This document shows, piece after piece, positions 1 to 14,706 of a stretch of DNA of 64,000 bases. The position numbers and the translations under genes were made by a program. Positions within the stretch are counted from its first letter, which is position 1. Each line of letters begins with the position of its first letter. A model generated the notes under the pieces. It was not told where the DNA came from. It saw only the letters and a program-made list of their open reading frames with translations, and did not search any database. Source of the DNA: Octopus sinensis (Eukaryota). The stretch spans positions 71,982,001-72,046,000 of the forward strand of contig NC_043005.1 in NCBI RefSeq assembly GCF_006345805.1, written 5' to 3'.

Positions 1-1535
1 AAACACTCAAGAACTAATACAGTCTTTCAGAGGACTTTTGCACAATTTCCGTCTTCTCCCTAACTTCACAAAAGGTTAATGACAATCTGAACCTACGGCC
101 AAAGAACCATGCAGTGGGGTCAGACCCAGAACCATGTAATTTCAAAGAAAACTAAACCATACAGCCAAGCTTGCATTCTTTAATGTTTACAAGCCATCTA
201 AGTTTCACTAGCATGGAAAATTGCACATATGACAGCAAATATATATCTACATATGTTTATCTATGTATACATACTTTATTAGATATTATTTCTTTAATGT
301 GTATACACACACATATATGTGAAGTGAACTAATCACTAAATGTATGTTCATAGAGAGTATCGCCTTTCATGTGTTTGATATCAAAAACATTTAATATAGG
401 AAACAGTTTTAAGAAAGTACTTCCAGTTTTTACCAATGTTCATTTTTTTTTTCCCCCCATATTTTTCTTTCTTTCATTTTCTATAATTCTTAAGAATGTA
501 AATGACACTTAGAGTGGAGATCATTCGTTTTGATATTTTAACAGTTTGCAGAGTTGTTTTCTTTAGTCGGTTCTCACTGGGAAACACAGGCGCCCAATGT
601 AGTCTGCCAGTTGCATTTCTACGTCTTGAAATTATATAAGAATGCTGTATATAAATACATGTATGTGCAGCCAATCACCACCACCACCACCACCACCACC
701 ACCAAACCATCACCACTACCACCACCATCATCATCATCATCATTGCTATCACCATCGCCACAGCTACTTTTGTCTGTTCCTCCTTGTTGGAATGAGTTGG
801 TTCATTGGGCAAGGCTTTTTGAGACAGTGTTTTATGGCCTGGTGCCAACTCTTTTAGTTGCTTCTTATAACAAGCAGGGATATGGTGAGCCTTTTCTAAA
901 AACAGGGGATATCAAAAAGTTTATGTATGTAATGTATGTATGCATGTATCCATACACATATATAATGTATGTGTATGTGTGTATATATATGTATGTTATT
1001 TTTTATTACAAGTGAAAAATATTTATACTTATGTTTTGAGTTCTGTCTTTCTTGTTTGTGTTATCAAATCTATTTGCTTATATGTTTGTATGCATTTGTG
1101 TCTGTGTGCGAATATGAATGTATATATGTATTTGTGTGAGAGAAGTAGAAGGGAGAGAGAGCAATGTAGTATTGAAATTAAAGTATCAAATATAATGAAG
1201 AACATTTATTTAAAAAAATAAAGTTGTGCCAAGGAATGAAAGTAGGGGATATACTGAAGAATTAATTTATATATTTCTTAAACCTATAAATGTACTTTGG
1301 CTTAGTGAATATTTTAATTCTGAAACACTGTGATGCATTGATAATTTTCTCATGGTTGTCAAAGTAGCATTAATATGCAAAGTAGCTTACTCATATGTAA
1401 ATTAAGTTATTTTGCCCATGCAACTGTGAACTGCTTTTTTTTCTTTTGATTATTTCTTGCTATCATAATATTACCAATGTAAAAAGTTTCATGCTCACTG
1501 TTGCCAATAACTTATGGTGTGTGTGTGTTTGTGTA

Positions 1536-1625
<90 letters not shown>

Positions 1626-1688
1626 TGCTGAGTACATTGGAATAAATTATCCAGGTGGGTAATATAAATGCTCTTAGGTATATTCCAG

Positions 1689-1733
1689 GTTCTGGCCAAT
1701 CATGTAAATAAGAAGCATCAAGGATTGCTTAGG
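1689..1733 (+). CDS. Candidate exon (phase 0-0) of an unidentified multi-exon gene: VLANHVNKKHQGLLR
   Basis: attccAG acceptor, AGG|GTGAGC donor, open frame, phase-compatible with the 2654 exon. The L-x2-H-x4-H pattern could be the end of a C2H2 finger (inference). Confidence 0.4.
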
Positions 1734-2653
1734 GTGAGCAGTCCCACAAATTCTTCTGGGTTCACTTTGGTGGATTATGAATATTTTGGAAAGTATAAAT
1801 CCAGTTGCTTTGAATATATATATATATAAATATGAGTGTTTTTATGCACCACAACTCCGTATGAGAAGTCCTTTCAAGGTAAATAATGTAGTGTTCTATG
1901 TTCTAATATATAAATATAAATATATATGCCGTCTTTTGTCATTCCATTAAATTGATATATATTTGTGTACACATGTATATACAAATTGACAGAGGAATTT
2001 GTTCTGTATCTATACTTTTTCCGTTCATATACTGATAAGGTCAATCTTACTTTAATCTTTCTGCTGTTGATAAATTAAAGTACCAGAGAAGTATTGAGGC
2101 TGATTTAATTGATTATTCCGCACTTCCACCCAAATATCTGACCCTCTCACTATGATAGAGATTATTCTGGTATTAAAAAGTGTGGATGTGTGTGTAGTTA
2201 AACACAATATTTTTTGTTGAAAATTTTCTAAATGCCCAGTCTTGTAGAGATTGTCACCAAACAGAAATGATTGTTAAAAGAAGTCATTAGTGTTTTCTCC
2301 CTTTCATTAAAATGTTTCTCACTTCCTTGAAAATGAATGTAAACAATGTTAGTTTGATTTTTGTGATAGTGTGCATTTCAGAACGAGTTGACTGAATACT
2401 GTCTCATGTGGTGCCATGTCTTACATGAAGTTATGAGTTAATAAAACGAGAGAGAGAGAAAGAGAAAAAATAAATATGATGTAATATGATATGCTAGTTA
2501 ATGATATACCTATATTTAATGACACAAAGAATGAAAAATAAGCCAAATGGGAATTCTTTATATTCCTATTGAATTCATATACATATTTGTGTATGTTAGA
2601 TTATTGGAAAGTAGATACTAGTTTCAACTTAATATTGGCTTGGTTGTAGCTAG

Positions 2654-2690
2654 AAATGGCATTCTTCCATGAAACATCTGCTGCAAATAG
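2654..2690 (+). CDS. Candidate exon (phase 0-1): KWHSSMKHLLQI(G)
   Basis: gtagctAG acceptor (moderate), ATAG|GTAAAA donor; joins 1689-1733 to 3491-3574 in frame. Confidence 0.35.
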
Positions 2691-3490
2691 GTAAAACCTA
2701 GCCAACCAATGCCATAAGGTAAGTATGGATCTATAAACGTGAGCATGTGTAGTTAGGCATTGCAAAATGTTTTATTAAAGAAATATATTCTTATATTTTC
2801 CAATATCAGATTTTTCAATAAAATATCATCTTCTCTATTTTCTTTCTTACTCTCTTATTTGTTTTCTTTATTCATTTATAGTTTTCTTGCTTTCATTTTT
2901 CTAAGGTCATTTATTCATAATGAATATTTTTTAAAAATCTGAAATAGGTTTGGGTTTTTTTTTTTTGGCATTTTTCTTTTTTATCAAAGGAAAAAAGTCT
3001 CCTTTATAATTGTTCCAATTATTGTATTCTGAAATTGAATATCAACATTGAATGAAGAATGTTTCATAATTGAGATTTTGAAAATATCTTGGAACAACAA
3101 TAAAATAAAGGACTTCTTGTTTATTTCCTATAAAACTAATTTCAGAGTTTTCATTTTGGCCTTTTAAAAAAATATTAACTCTAAATAACAACTATCTCCC
3201 ATGTCCTCTACTCATGTAAAGAAAACATTTCTCAGTCCATGTCTGATTTTAGTTGTGATAAAATTACAAAAACAAAATAGAGAAAGCTCACTCTGTCAGT
3301 ATCCATTGCTGTATTTTTCTTTATTTTATATAATTTTTTTTCTTACAAGCTATTTCACATTAAATTTCAGGATATTTAATAATACAGACGATTCAAATAT
3401 AATATGGCTCATAATTGCCAATTCTACTCTATGGAAATCTTCCAATATATTTCAACAAAATTGGCTTTCTCAAATGTCTAATTTTCACAG

Positions 3491-3574
3491 GCATTATCAC
3501 TAAAAGCGACAAGATGGATCCAAATGATGAGTTGCTAAATATATTCCTAAGATTCAAACCAATATTCTGGAATG
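3491..3574 (+). CDS. Candidate exon (phase 1-1): GIITKSDKMDPNDELLNIFLRFKPIFWN
   Basis: Pyrimidine-rich acceptor tctaattttcacAG; donor AATG|GTTGTA (weak); the only open frame; splices in frame to 7281. Confidence 0.55.
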
Positions 3575-6500
3575 GTTGTAATTCAAGATATTTACACTTC
3601 AAATGTTATGTTCGTTCTATACTATGTTATATCATCTGTTGGATAGTTCTGAAAATTCAGATATCTGCATAAATTGTCAGGGCCGCTATTTTATAGCACG
3701 ATATCCTTATGTTAATTATTCAGTTAGAAAAGTAGAGGTGATGTCTGCTTTCATTCATAAAGTTTGTTAAACCGTGTAATATAAAGATCGAAGGAAGTTT
3801 CTCAGGGATGCCTTTTGCATAAAGAACAAGTAGTTAGAGCTAATATAAAATAGTGAGCTCCCAAAAAGATTAATTCTCAAGAAGATATACAAGACAACTG
3901 TGAAATCTGAATTTATTTAAAATTATGAGATCAGGCAGCAGAGAGTGACTTTGAAATTTGACAGCTATGGTGAACTTTCAGACAGCATTCTTGATAATGT
4001 ATTATCTAGGCTTTTGTCAAGAGATGACATGTGGCCTCATTCTCTATTGAAGTTGGTTGCCATGACTTTCCAGTTAGATCATTGTTCTAGTTCCTTCAAA
4101 AGGTTGCTCTGGAGCCCAGACAAGTGAAGAAAGCCACAAAGAAGATAGGTAAGGCAGGTGAAACCAGCTCAAGGTGGCTGTGGTTGACAATAGACTGCAG
4201 GTGGAACCTGTATACTGAGCTCCACTGAGTATACAGGTTAAGGGGTGAAATGCTTGTGATACTCAGATACCGGCTGACGAAATGTTTCTGACATTACGAT
4301 GGATTCAGAAGAATTTGTGATACTTTTGAGTATCTCCTGCAAATTCAGCATGAGACAAAGCAGCTGTGGTGTTTATTTCTCCCATTTATTTTGCCTACAT
4401 CACTTTCAATAACATTATAATGTCTATTTGCCTACAGTAGCATGGTTTAAGCATTCTTAACTTGGATAGTTGCACTCCTCTGAGCTTGCAGGGGCTAGCT
4501 AGTGTCAATAGTGGTGCTTTGTATTTAGAAGCGTTGTGGTTTTACTTAGTAATAAAATATATAAATTAAACAATACTTACATTGTAAAAACAAGTTCATA
4601 AATATCTTTATCAAGATTAAAGTATGTGAAAGATATTGTGTAATCAGTGAGCAGATCACATAACTGGTTATGTGCTAAGGTTGGTCTTATATAATTTCAT
4701 TATGTAAATTCTCAACATTTTTTTTTTGTAATTTCCATAAAAAATTTTCATATGGCATACTAGCCCATGTAAATATCTCAAAGAAGGCTACTACTGGTTG
4801 CTTAATGTCAAAATATGTAGATAATTAACTATCTGTCATACAAATATAGTATTCTATTATACTTGGAGATGGTTATATTTTCTGATCAAACATGTACTGT
4901 ATATTTGGCCTTCACTTCAGCTTTATTACAATTATTTTAGTTTCTTTCATCACACATCTGTGACCTCTTCAGTGACTCTCTGTCCCACATGACTCATCTT
5001 GTTCTGCTTATTCCATCCTGTTGTTTTTCTTTTTTTTTTGAAAAATATGGGGGGAAAAGCATGGTACATATACTGAATGACATTTGTAAAATATCATTTG
5101 GTGAATGTGGTCTGACACTATAGTAGAAGACACTTACCCAAGGTGCCACACAGTAGGAATGAACCTGGAATCATGTAGTTGTGAAGCAAGCTTCTTACCA
5201 CACAGTTACACCTACACTTTCAATATTTTTTCTTTTTTAAATACTCTGCTTCTGAAAATATTGAAATATTTAGTAAGATAATTCTTTATTAAGCTGGTTT
5301 TTGAAATATAAATCAACATGAAATTTTGACTGTAAGTTTAAAATTTAGATCACTTTGAAATAGTGAATTTGTGTCATAGAATGAGGGCAGTTTCAGGTGG
5401 GGTTGGTAACAAAAGAGTTAAATATGATTTCATCTGTTGTTTATTTGCAGAGATGAATTAAGGCTTTCATTTCTTAACAATTACAAATATATTTATCTCC
5501 AACATTCTGTTTCAAGGAGACGTATCATTGGTTATCAAAATCTGGTAATCTATGTGTACTAGAAGACTCCTTTACAAGAACACGGTGAGTTGGGGAAAAT
5601 AATAGGATAAAAACAGCATTAGATGCGTGGGCAAGAGAATGAGTGCTTTGTACATATATTATGAATGTAAGATAAATGGTGCATAAACATGTGCTGTGAA
5701 TTTGTGATAAAAGCTAATGTGATAATGGGAAATGAATGGTGAGATACCTTATTCAAAGCTCCCTTTAAAGTATGGGAAAGATAAGAAAAGAGGCATTATG
5801 AAATTTTTGTTTGTGTGTGTGTGTGGAGTAGAGTTGATGATTGCATTCATTTTCTTGACCACAAAAGGATGAAGTGCAAAAATTGACTTTGGTCAGATTT
5901 GAACTCAGAACATTAAAAAATACATTAGTGAGAGTGGGAGGCATTTTGTTTGCTGTTCTATAGTTTTGCCAACCCCTTGTTCTTAAAAGGAGGAGGAGGA
6001 GGAGGAGGAGGATGGTGGGGGGGGGGGTGATGGTGATGATGATGATGATGATGATTTCTTTGTTTACTGATAATGGTTTATAAAAAAAGTTTCTACTATA
6101 AAAATGCATAGACTCACATGAGAAAAATAAAAAAAAAAGAAAAGAAAATACTTGTTCCTACTAAAACATACACACATTTCTAAATTCTATTTATAAGCAT
6201 TAATCAGTGATTAAGTCATTTAAAAATTTGTTCAATTCATGCAAGTCAGGATAAAAGGATTTCAAACTTTCAATGCTATTAATGGCGAGACTGAACTATG
6301 TAGCAGAAAATGTGATTGGAGAATAGATTTGGAAATTAGCTTACTACAGCAGTGACCTTAAAGGCCTGGAAGTTATGCTGTGTAATGTAATGGAATATAA
6401 ACGCATGAAGTAGAATGATTATTTGAGGATTTTGTGGAAATAGTTGTAACATTGTTATTGGTAACTTACTGGCTCAAGAACTGTTCATTTCAATCTCCCT

Positions 6501-7280
6501 ATTGCTGTATAGTATCCATGGGCAGAGTCTTTATTTCTCACTGTCTGTTCACTTAGCTGAAAATAAGAATCATTACTATAGATAAATAAGTGTACTATAT
6601 AAATGGTTTGTTTATTTATGGTGCTAAGATAAAACTCCCTCAGTGAGCCTGCAGGTGGTATTGCAGCCTTCTTAATGTTATTTTTTTTTTGTTTTTCAAG
6701 TAAGTCTTAATCTTCAGAAACCTTCAGAGTTGATGTAGATTTGTAAATTTTACTAGAAAATCTAAATTTCTGGGGACATTCAGAGCTGATGTAAATTTGG
6801 TGAAATGCAATTTTGTTATTGCAGAGTGGAACATTATCAAAATAAATGCAAGTAAAAATAGTTGTGTAAGATAAATAAAAATGGAAACAAAAATCTGAAA
6901 CCTAAAAATTAGAAATATTTTAAGAATAAGAAGTTCGGCGGGTGCAGTAAAACAAAGCAAGATCACAAATAATGATCCAGGAGCATTCAAATAAATTCAT
7001 TTTTGAAGTTGCTTCTTTGTTTTTTTTGTCACAGCAAATTTTTTGATTAGTCATGCAAGTAATTCTGATTCAGGAGATTATGTGAAATAAGTGCACAGAT
7101 GCTAATGGAAATCAACTTAACATTCAAGTCCGTGGTTATTCTTTGTGAACTCAGAAGACTAAATTGTTAAAATACTTGATCTTCAGTAAATTTTAAAGAG
7201 ACATTTTATGAAGCATTTCATTGTCAAATTTTCATTCATATAAAGATTTCATCTCCAAAGGTATTTTTTTTTTCTTAAAG

Positions 7281-7400
7281 AAATAATCAAATGTTTTATT
7301 GAGCAATTTGTTCATTGTTCGCTTGAAAAGACAGAAAACAGACACATTCCTTTTTGGCAAAGCCCTTATCAGTTTCTTCAAGTTCTACTTGGAGAGAAGG
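7281..7400 (+). CDS. Exon (phase 1-1, 120 nt): (E)IIKCFIEQFVHCSLEKTENRHIPFWQSPYQFLQVLLGEK
   Basis: Strong acceptor ttttttttttcttaaAG, strong donor AAGG|GTAAGG; one frame open, the other two stop within 8 codons. Confidence 0.7.
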
Positions 7401-7611
7401 GTAAGGATGGAGAGAGAGGTGCTACCTTCAAGTGACTGTTGAAACGTGGGTGAGAGTGAAGAGAATAAACACATTCTAAGTATATGCCTGTAGACCAGAG
7501 AACATGGTTGGGAGAGGGCACTTTCGCTTGGTAGTGCAGGATCTATGGGGTTCCTTGATTAGCCCTAGATGGCTGTTTCCTAATAGGAATATCTCATTTC
7601 ATGCTTTTTTT

Positions 7612-7880
7612 TTGCCCTTTTCAAGCCTAGCCAGGCTCATGGGCCCTGTTTCCCGGTTTCTGTGGCATATGTGCTCCCCCCAGCTGTACAGGACACCAGA
7701 AACAGGAAGAGAGAGTGAAAGAAAGTTGTGGTGAAAGAGTACAACAGGGTTCACCAGCACCCCCTGCCAGAGCCTCGTGGAGCTTTTAGGTGTTTTTGCT
7801 CAATAAACACACACAACGCCCAGTCTGGGAATCGAAACTGCAATCCTCCGACTGCAAGTCCATTGCCCTAACCATTGCTT
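7612..7880 (-). mobile_element. tRNA-derived SINE (same family as 57675-57984)
   Basis: Reverse-complement match to head (GATTCCCAGAC B-box region) and tail of the 57.7-kb copy. Confidence 0.65.
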
Positions 7881-9688
7881 AGCAACATTCTTTCCAGCTC
7901 TTGACATTCTGATTTCAAATTTTTCAGGGGCTGACCTTGCCTTCAGTGTTTTTGGTGTTTTGTACCTATTGAGCATTGGGATCGATGTAATTGGTTTTTA
8001 CCCCCCACCTGGAAATTGCTGGCCTTATGCCAAAATTTGAAACCATTATTATCTTCTTCAGGGTGGTGGGTTGACAGGATCATTAAAGATTTTGACAAAA
8101 CACTTCACAGTATTTAGTTTCCACCTTTTCATGTTCTGAATTCATATTCTACTGAAATTGACTTTGCTTTTCATCTGTCTAGGGTCAATCTACTGTCCAT
8201 CTGTAGTCAAGTACTGGAGTTGAGGGTATCAATTAACCCTCTTGTTCAATTTTTTTGCCTTGTGTTTATATTAAAAACAATTATCATCAATTTTGTTTAT
8301 TTCCCAATTTTTTAGTTTTATTTATGCTTATATTTTATCAATGATTCTTTTTGTCATGATTCAAAAATCTCGTGTAGACTTTAATATTAAAAGATTATTC
8401 ATCTCTGAAGACTAGGTTAATTAAATCTAATTAACAACAATCTCAGACAATTAGACAGCTATTGTCTTTTTCCAATATTCAGGAGTTTGTCCAAATTTAG
8501 AATAATTATCAGTTTTCTTATAAATCTTAGAAGCAATTATTGTGGCAAACAAATTGTTGTTGTTATTGTTACTGAGCCTCAGATTAACTCAGGCTGAATA
8601 GACAGACCTATGTGGTATAAAATATAATTATATAAGATATAGTACTGTCTACATACATAGCTACTCTTTATGAAAAATGTGTTGCTGTGTGCCAATGCTA
8701 AAATTCTTTATTTTAATAAAAATGAAAATAATATGAAAAATTTACACTCTGGGTTCATAATGTTTTTGACTTTGTGGCATTCTGGAGGTCAAATGAAAAA
8801 ATATATACTGGCATAATTTTCATGGAACATTGAAATAAACAAAGCCTCTTTTACTGTTAAAAAGAATGGGAAATATATTAAAAAATACCCAAAGCGAATG
8901 CCCATCTAATTAATTCATTAATTTATCATATCATATATGTGTATTACAATATTATGAATTTTGTTACATGTAACTCTGATATGTACAACTATGGCTATGT
9001 GGTTAAGAAGGTTGCTTTGCAATTACGTAGTTTCTAGTTCAATCCTGCTGTGCAGCTTTTTCAACATGTGTCTTCTGCTGTGGTCCTAGGATAACCAATC
9101 TCTTTTATATATCTCTCACTACAATGTCGAATGTGTCCCATTTTCCTAAAATGTAGCTAAAATCTAATGATTTATTATTTTTTTCTTGCTGGTAAAAATA
9201 ACTGTCAGGTAGTGGTGTTGAAACTTCATAGTACTATAGTACTGCTTCACAAGGGGCATCTAGATGCATCACAGAATTTTCAAAATAAATTAAGATCTTC
9301 AGGAAACCTAAAGTTATGCTTGGGTGTCTTGTGTAACTAGTGATTCAAAATTTTGTTAAACACAGATATGAAAAATAAAACACAGTATGCAATAGTCTTC
9401 TATATTTTATAAAATTAAAAAATTTAAAATATAATTTTACATAACATTCTATGCCAAGAGAACCAGCTTTTATAATTCTTTTTATTTAGTCTCAGAGCAC
9501 TGCAAAATCAATACAATTAAGAACCACAAATATAGAGACACCCACATTGGCTCATAGCAAAAATTACGTCATATATATAGCATTATTTTATGGCTGTTAG
9601 TGTATAAGTTTCAGTGGAAGTGTTTTGAAAATATTTACTACCTTGATATTGTAAAATAATAAATAAGTCTTCTTGATGTTATTGAGAC

Positions 9689-9788
<100 letters not shown>

Positions 9789-10124
9789 AATTCCTGTACA
9801 TTTGATATTTTCAAGTGAACAATAGAAATAATGATACTGTTAGCAATTGTAATTACAAATATAGGCTTTATTAATTAAAAAATAAATAAATAAATAATAG
9901 GATTGTTTAGGAAGCAAATTAAGTAAAATTACACAGTTTAGCATGATGCTCATATTACCTGGAAGTCTCCCAAGCACGAAACACTTGGAACTTTGTAAAT
10001 ATAGAACAGAAATATATAAAGAGACATTTATTTTTAATTCGTTATATATTATATCTACTTTTTCTCGCTGTTGGACTTCTAAATTTTTTTCCTTTTACTG
10101 CAGAACAATAAATCCTATGCTGTA

Positions 10125-10180
<56 letters not shown>

Positions 10181-11394
10181 TGTTTTGCTTGTATGACATA
10201 AATGTATCATAAGCCGTTGTAATGCAAATTGTTTTTGGCATGTGTATTTGATGTATTATTCATAGCATCTCATAAGCAGAATATTCAGTAATCAAAGCTA
10301 CACACACACACACACACATACACACACGCACACACGCACAACACAAACATATATATGCATGAACTAATGCGAAATATTCTTGACTTCGATCCTCGTCTGA
10401 TGCTATACATTTTATATTATAAGGTTTATACTTATGACATTTTGACTGTGGTACACTCCTGCTGTCTTTGATATTCATTTTGTAGTTGTTTCTCTTGGAG
10501 GCATCACACAGTATATTCTCTGCTGGAGATGGCAGACACAAACAACCATCCTGTTAATTCTTTTGATCCCTTTAGAATTAGATTTCTTGCCAACAATTCT
10601 TCGACCATTCATTAATTATTGATATCGAACTCTATTTGGTCTTTTAGTGAAAGCTCGGCCTAAAGCCATTTACACTTAAAAGTTGAAAACTTTCAAACAC
10701 ATTATTCACCTTTAGAAACTTGAAGGTTTATTTCCAAACCCTTTTAGATCATCAGTTTTCTATGAATATCTATAGCCACCTGAATATATTATCAAGATTC
10801 ATTTCATTTTATTTAGCCTTACAGAAGCATTGCCAAATCTTCGTTCTTCATACACAACCGAATCTCCATATACTTTTATTTGCAACGACATTAAAATGTT
10901 ATGGCTCTAATACATCTTATTTGAACTATACACTTGTTCCTTTCTGGTTTTTGGTATTAACTTACTACCAAGGTTGTCACCAGTATTTCCAAGGATTCTA
11001 TAGGATGTGTATTCCAATTTTTATTGATATTTATTCCCCGAGGAATATTGTAAGAATTGAAATGTTGGTATATTCAATGGTCTTAAATTTAAACTACAAG
11101 CAAATATATAAATATATTTCAATTTTTAACATGGATTGTGTTCTTTCTTGAATGAGTAGTCTTCTTAGTCTTTGAATTAAGAGTGACACACACGCACACA
11201 CACATATATATATGCAACATATGTACAACATAAGAACATATGGACCTGATGCTGTGTGATGAAGTGCCAACTGTACATACTGCCTTACTTTTGACACGGA
11301 ATCATTTACAGTTAATGGCATTTGAAACAGTGGGACCAAAACAATTGTAACTAATTATAAAGTTGTACTAAATTTATTCTTTGTCTTTACACAT

Positions 11395-11434
<40 letters not shown>

Positions 11435-12641
11435 AGAAGAAAGAATGGATAGATGATTTTTTTTAGTCAAATAGGTATTTTTTGTTTCTGTCTCACGCCA
11501 GGTTATCTTTCCTCAAGCAAACTACCCACTGTCCTTTTTAAAAAGATAGCAGTGCATTGTGTGCGATTTGGCTGCTATTTCTAGCGGGTTAAATGACTCC
11601 CTAGAGGCTCCACATTCACTTGTAAATTCTGAACTAAATTTAGTGAGTGGTGAAAGTTTCAAAATGCATTTTTTCCTTTTATATTTTCATATATTGTAAA
11701 TTTTTTGTATTATACTTATCTTTATATATTATACATTTTTCTATAATACCTATCTTTATATATTATACATTTTTTTCTGTTATGCATTTCTATAATATCA
11801 TACAATAACATTAAGCATTTTTAATGTGCTATTAGTAGATTAAGTTTCGAGTTCAATTCTCATCTTACACAATAATTATATTATAAAATTTGTTACGAAT
11901 TCTTGAACTTGAGTTTAGATATTTCATTTCCATTTCTTACCTGCCTGTCACTGGCAAATAAATCAAAGGTTTGATTTATTGATTCAGTAAGTTAAGATAG
12001 TTTTCTTCACTTCTTAAGTAGTAGTATATGAGAAAAACTGAATTGCAGTTCAAATCAGATTGTTGCCTCAAATCAAATTTTCTTTGATCCTAGCATTTAC
12101 TAATGCAGATTATATGAGGTACGTGTTAAGAAGTGCTGTAACAGTTAAAAAAAAATTGCAAATGAATAGAATATACAAAGATAAGAGAGGAGAGATTTCA
12201 ATGCGATCTGTTAGATGTGGAATGTTAACTTACAAGAAAAACATCAGCCAATGTATGGTGGCGAATTGGCTATGCTGGAATATAAGAATGACTGTGCTTG
12301 GAAAAAGGTGAAAATTGCTGTGAAGTTGATGATAGGAAGTACTTATGAAAAAGGGAACTGCATAGAAAAGATTTAGCAAGAGCCACTTCACTGAAAACTG
12401 AGAACATTGCTTCTCATAAGTTAAATAATACACATTGGAGATAGAATGAGAGTAGCTGTGTCACAGATCCATGTAACTTATTTCATGTATGGTAAAAACA
12501 TATATGTATATTATGAAGAGGATTATATTATGAAGTTTAGGCTCCAGAATCGGTTCGTCGCCACCATTATTGTTGTCGATGTTGTTGTCTTGGAGAAAAT
12601 TATTAGAAAATAACTGTTATTACTGTTACTCACTACTATAG

Positions 12642-12772
12642 CAATATCTTACCATGTAGGAAAATTAAGAAAGAAACATGGACTCTTAACTGACATCACT
12701 TTTCTGACCGATGATAATTGCATGACCTCTTTCTTTCAAACTCAGATAGACGAAATTTTAAAGCTGGAAATG
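12642..12772 (+). CDS. Exon (phase 1-0): (A)ISYHVGKLRKKHGLLTDITFLTDDNCMTSFFQTQIDEILKLEM
   Basis: Acceptor ttactcactactatAG (alternative AG at 12658-12659 keeps the same frame); donor ATG|GTTGTT (weak); 43 open codons; in phase with both neighbours. Confidence 0.6.
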
Positions 12773-13027
12773 GTTGTTAATACAAGGAATAAGTAATGCC
12801 AAATGATTTTTCTGGAATGTTTAAGCAGACATACATACATACATACATGTGTATATATATATATACAGAGTTATTTTGCATTTCGTTCTTTCTTTTGGAC
12901 TCAATCTAGCCATTTTGCTATATACTAAAAACTTCATTTATTGCCAAACTTTATCATAAAACATGAAATTCAGGAGCAACCTCCAATCAAAATATTAATA
13001 AACAAGAAGTAGAAATGTCTTTCCTTT

Positions 13028-13104
13028 TCTTCTTCTTCTTCTTCTTCTTCTTCTTCTTCTTCTTCTTCTTCTTCTTCTTCTTCTTCTTCTTCTTCTTCTT
13101 CTTC
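13028..13104. repeat. (CTT)n microsatellite
   Basis: Direct reading; source of the poly-E/poly-F ORFs. Confidence 0.95.
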
Positions 13105-13449
13105 TCTTTCTCCTCCTCCTTTTCCTCCTCCTTTTGCTATTTCTTCTTCAGTCATGATTTGATGATAATGGCTTTTGATTTTATTATGAAGCCACTGACT
13201 TTCTGCTTGTTTAAGAAAGACTAACAAAGCTTGGTTCATAACATGACTGACAATCTGCTCGTAGTATTTGTAATTTAGATAACATGTAATATCGTCGTCA
13301 TCATCACTGCCACCGTCATCATTGTCATCATCGTATGGCCATGTTCCATGCTAGAATATGTTGGACAGTTTGACGGGATCCAGTGGGTCCAAGGACTACA
13401 TCATGCCCTAGCGTTTCTGCTTTGGCAGGATTTCTGTGGGTGAATGCAT

Positions 13450-13487
<38 letters not shown>

Positions 13488-13752
13488 CTTGTACATTATG
13501 TATTTCAGACGTTTTGTTTGTTGAAGTGAAATTCTGAATACAAAACATTTTCAACAAAATCTAAGAAGTAGACATCTTGTTTGGGCAAAATCATTAACCA
13601 CTTCCTTCTGGAGTTAATTTGCTAGAGTATAGACAAGGTTTTAAGTTCAAAACTAACTTCAATTTGTATACTTTTGGTTCTGAATGTGGTACATCACTTA
13701 TTTCAATATACCTGTTTAATAACTAATTTAATGCTTATAACATGATTTGTAG

Positions 13753-13849
13753 GAACAATATTTAACTGAAGAATTTGCTCCAGAAGTATGCAAATCTCTT
13801 GATTTACCAAAGTTCATCCCAACCCAAATCAGCAGAGATGAAAATGAAA
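13753..13849 (+). CDS. Exon (phase 0-1): EQYLTEEFAPEVCKSLDLPKFIPTQISRDENE
   Basis: Acceptor gatttgtAG, donor GAAA|GTAAAC, 32 open codons of typical protein composition, in phase with the 12642 and 15371/15583 exons. Confidence 0.65.
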
Positions 13850-14490
13850 GTAAACAATAGAATGTCCTTTTTTCTCTTATAATGAAGTCAATATGTTCAG
13901 TTTGCTCATGGTTTCATGAAACATAGGTTAACCATGTAGCTGAAAGAATTAAAATCATTCATTATATAATTTTGGGAATACTATTAAGGAATGCATTTTT
14001 TTTTTCGTGTGGAAAGATATCATAGAGTGCCATGAAATTCTTTAATCATTTCATCAGTTTTGGTCATTGGACTGAAAATAGTGGGGCATTTCTCAGAAGT
14101 GTTTTCATGGATTGATTCAGTCCCAATGCTTTGCTCAGTATGCATTTTATTGACCTCATGAGGACCAAAAAAAATCAAAAGTTGACTCAGGAATAAAGAA
14201 ACACAACCTAACATAAGTTGTTTTTGTTTTATCTCCATTGTTTGACGATCCACAACTGATTTTGTTATCTCCATGCAATGTTTGTCTCAGACAAAATTAT
14301 GTGACATTTCTGAGTATCAAATTTCACTCAAAAGACTTCGGTTGACCCTTGGCAATAAGAGAAGTCACTTATACAAGGAAGCAAACTCTGTAGAATCAAA
14401 TCTGGAATGAAATTGTTGCAAAGTGAACTTCCCAATCAGACAACCAAGGCTACTCCTGTATATTTAAATATATACAAGAATTAAAGACAA

Positions 14491-14645
14491 CATTATTTAC
14501 ATTATTTATTATTGACGGATATTTGTCCTCATCTTGTTTGTTGTTAACACAAAGTTTCGGCTGATATACACTCCAACCTTCATCAGGTGTCTTGGGGAAA
14601 TTTCAAACCTGGGTTCTCATTCCTAAGGTTTTTTCGATGTTGTTA

Positions 14646-14706
<61 letters not shown>

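Noticed and set aside
570-632. Minus-strand possible terminal exon DVEMQLADYIGRLCFPVRTD*
   Set aside because: Several frames on both strands are equally open here, there is no family match, and no linked upstream exon could be established.
5451-5584. Two overlapping plus-strand exon candidates (DELRLSFLNN...; ETYHWLSKSG...)
   Set aside because: Good splice signals, but neither fits the phase-1 chain 3574-7281 and the full interval has stops in all frames.
6724-6990. 88-aa hydrophobic minus-strand ORF
   Set aside because: F/I/L bias is explained by A-rich plus-strand composition; no motif or splice support.
7034-7135. Ig-like words (DSGDY ... KCTDANG)
   Set aside because: The two words are in different frames separated by stops; probably chance.
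10260-11151. Protein-like ORFs on both strands around 10.3-11.1 kb
   Set aside because: No consistent splice sites, stops in all candidate exon frames, and no recognisable domain; possibly a decayed transposon.
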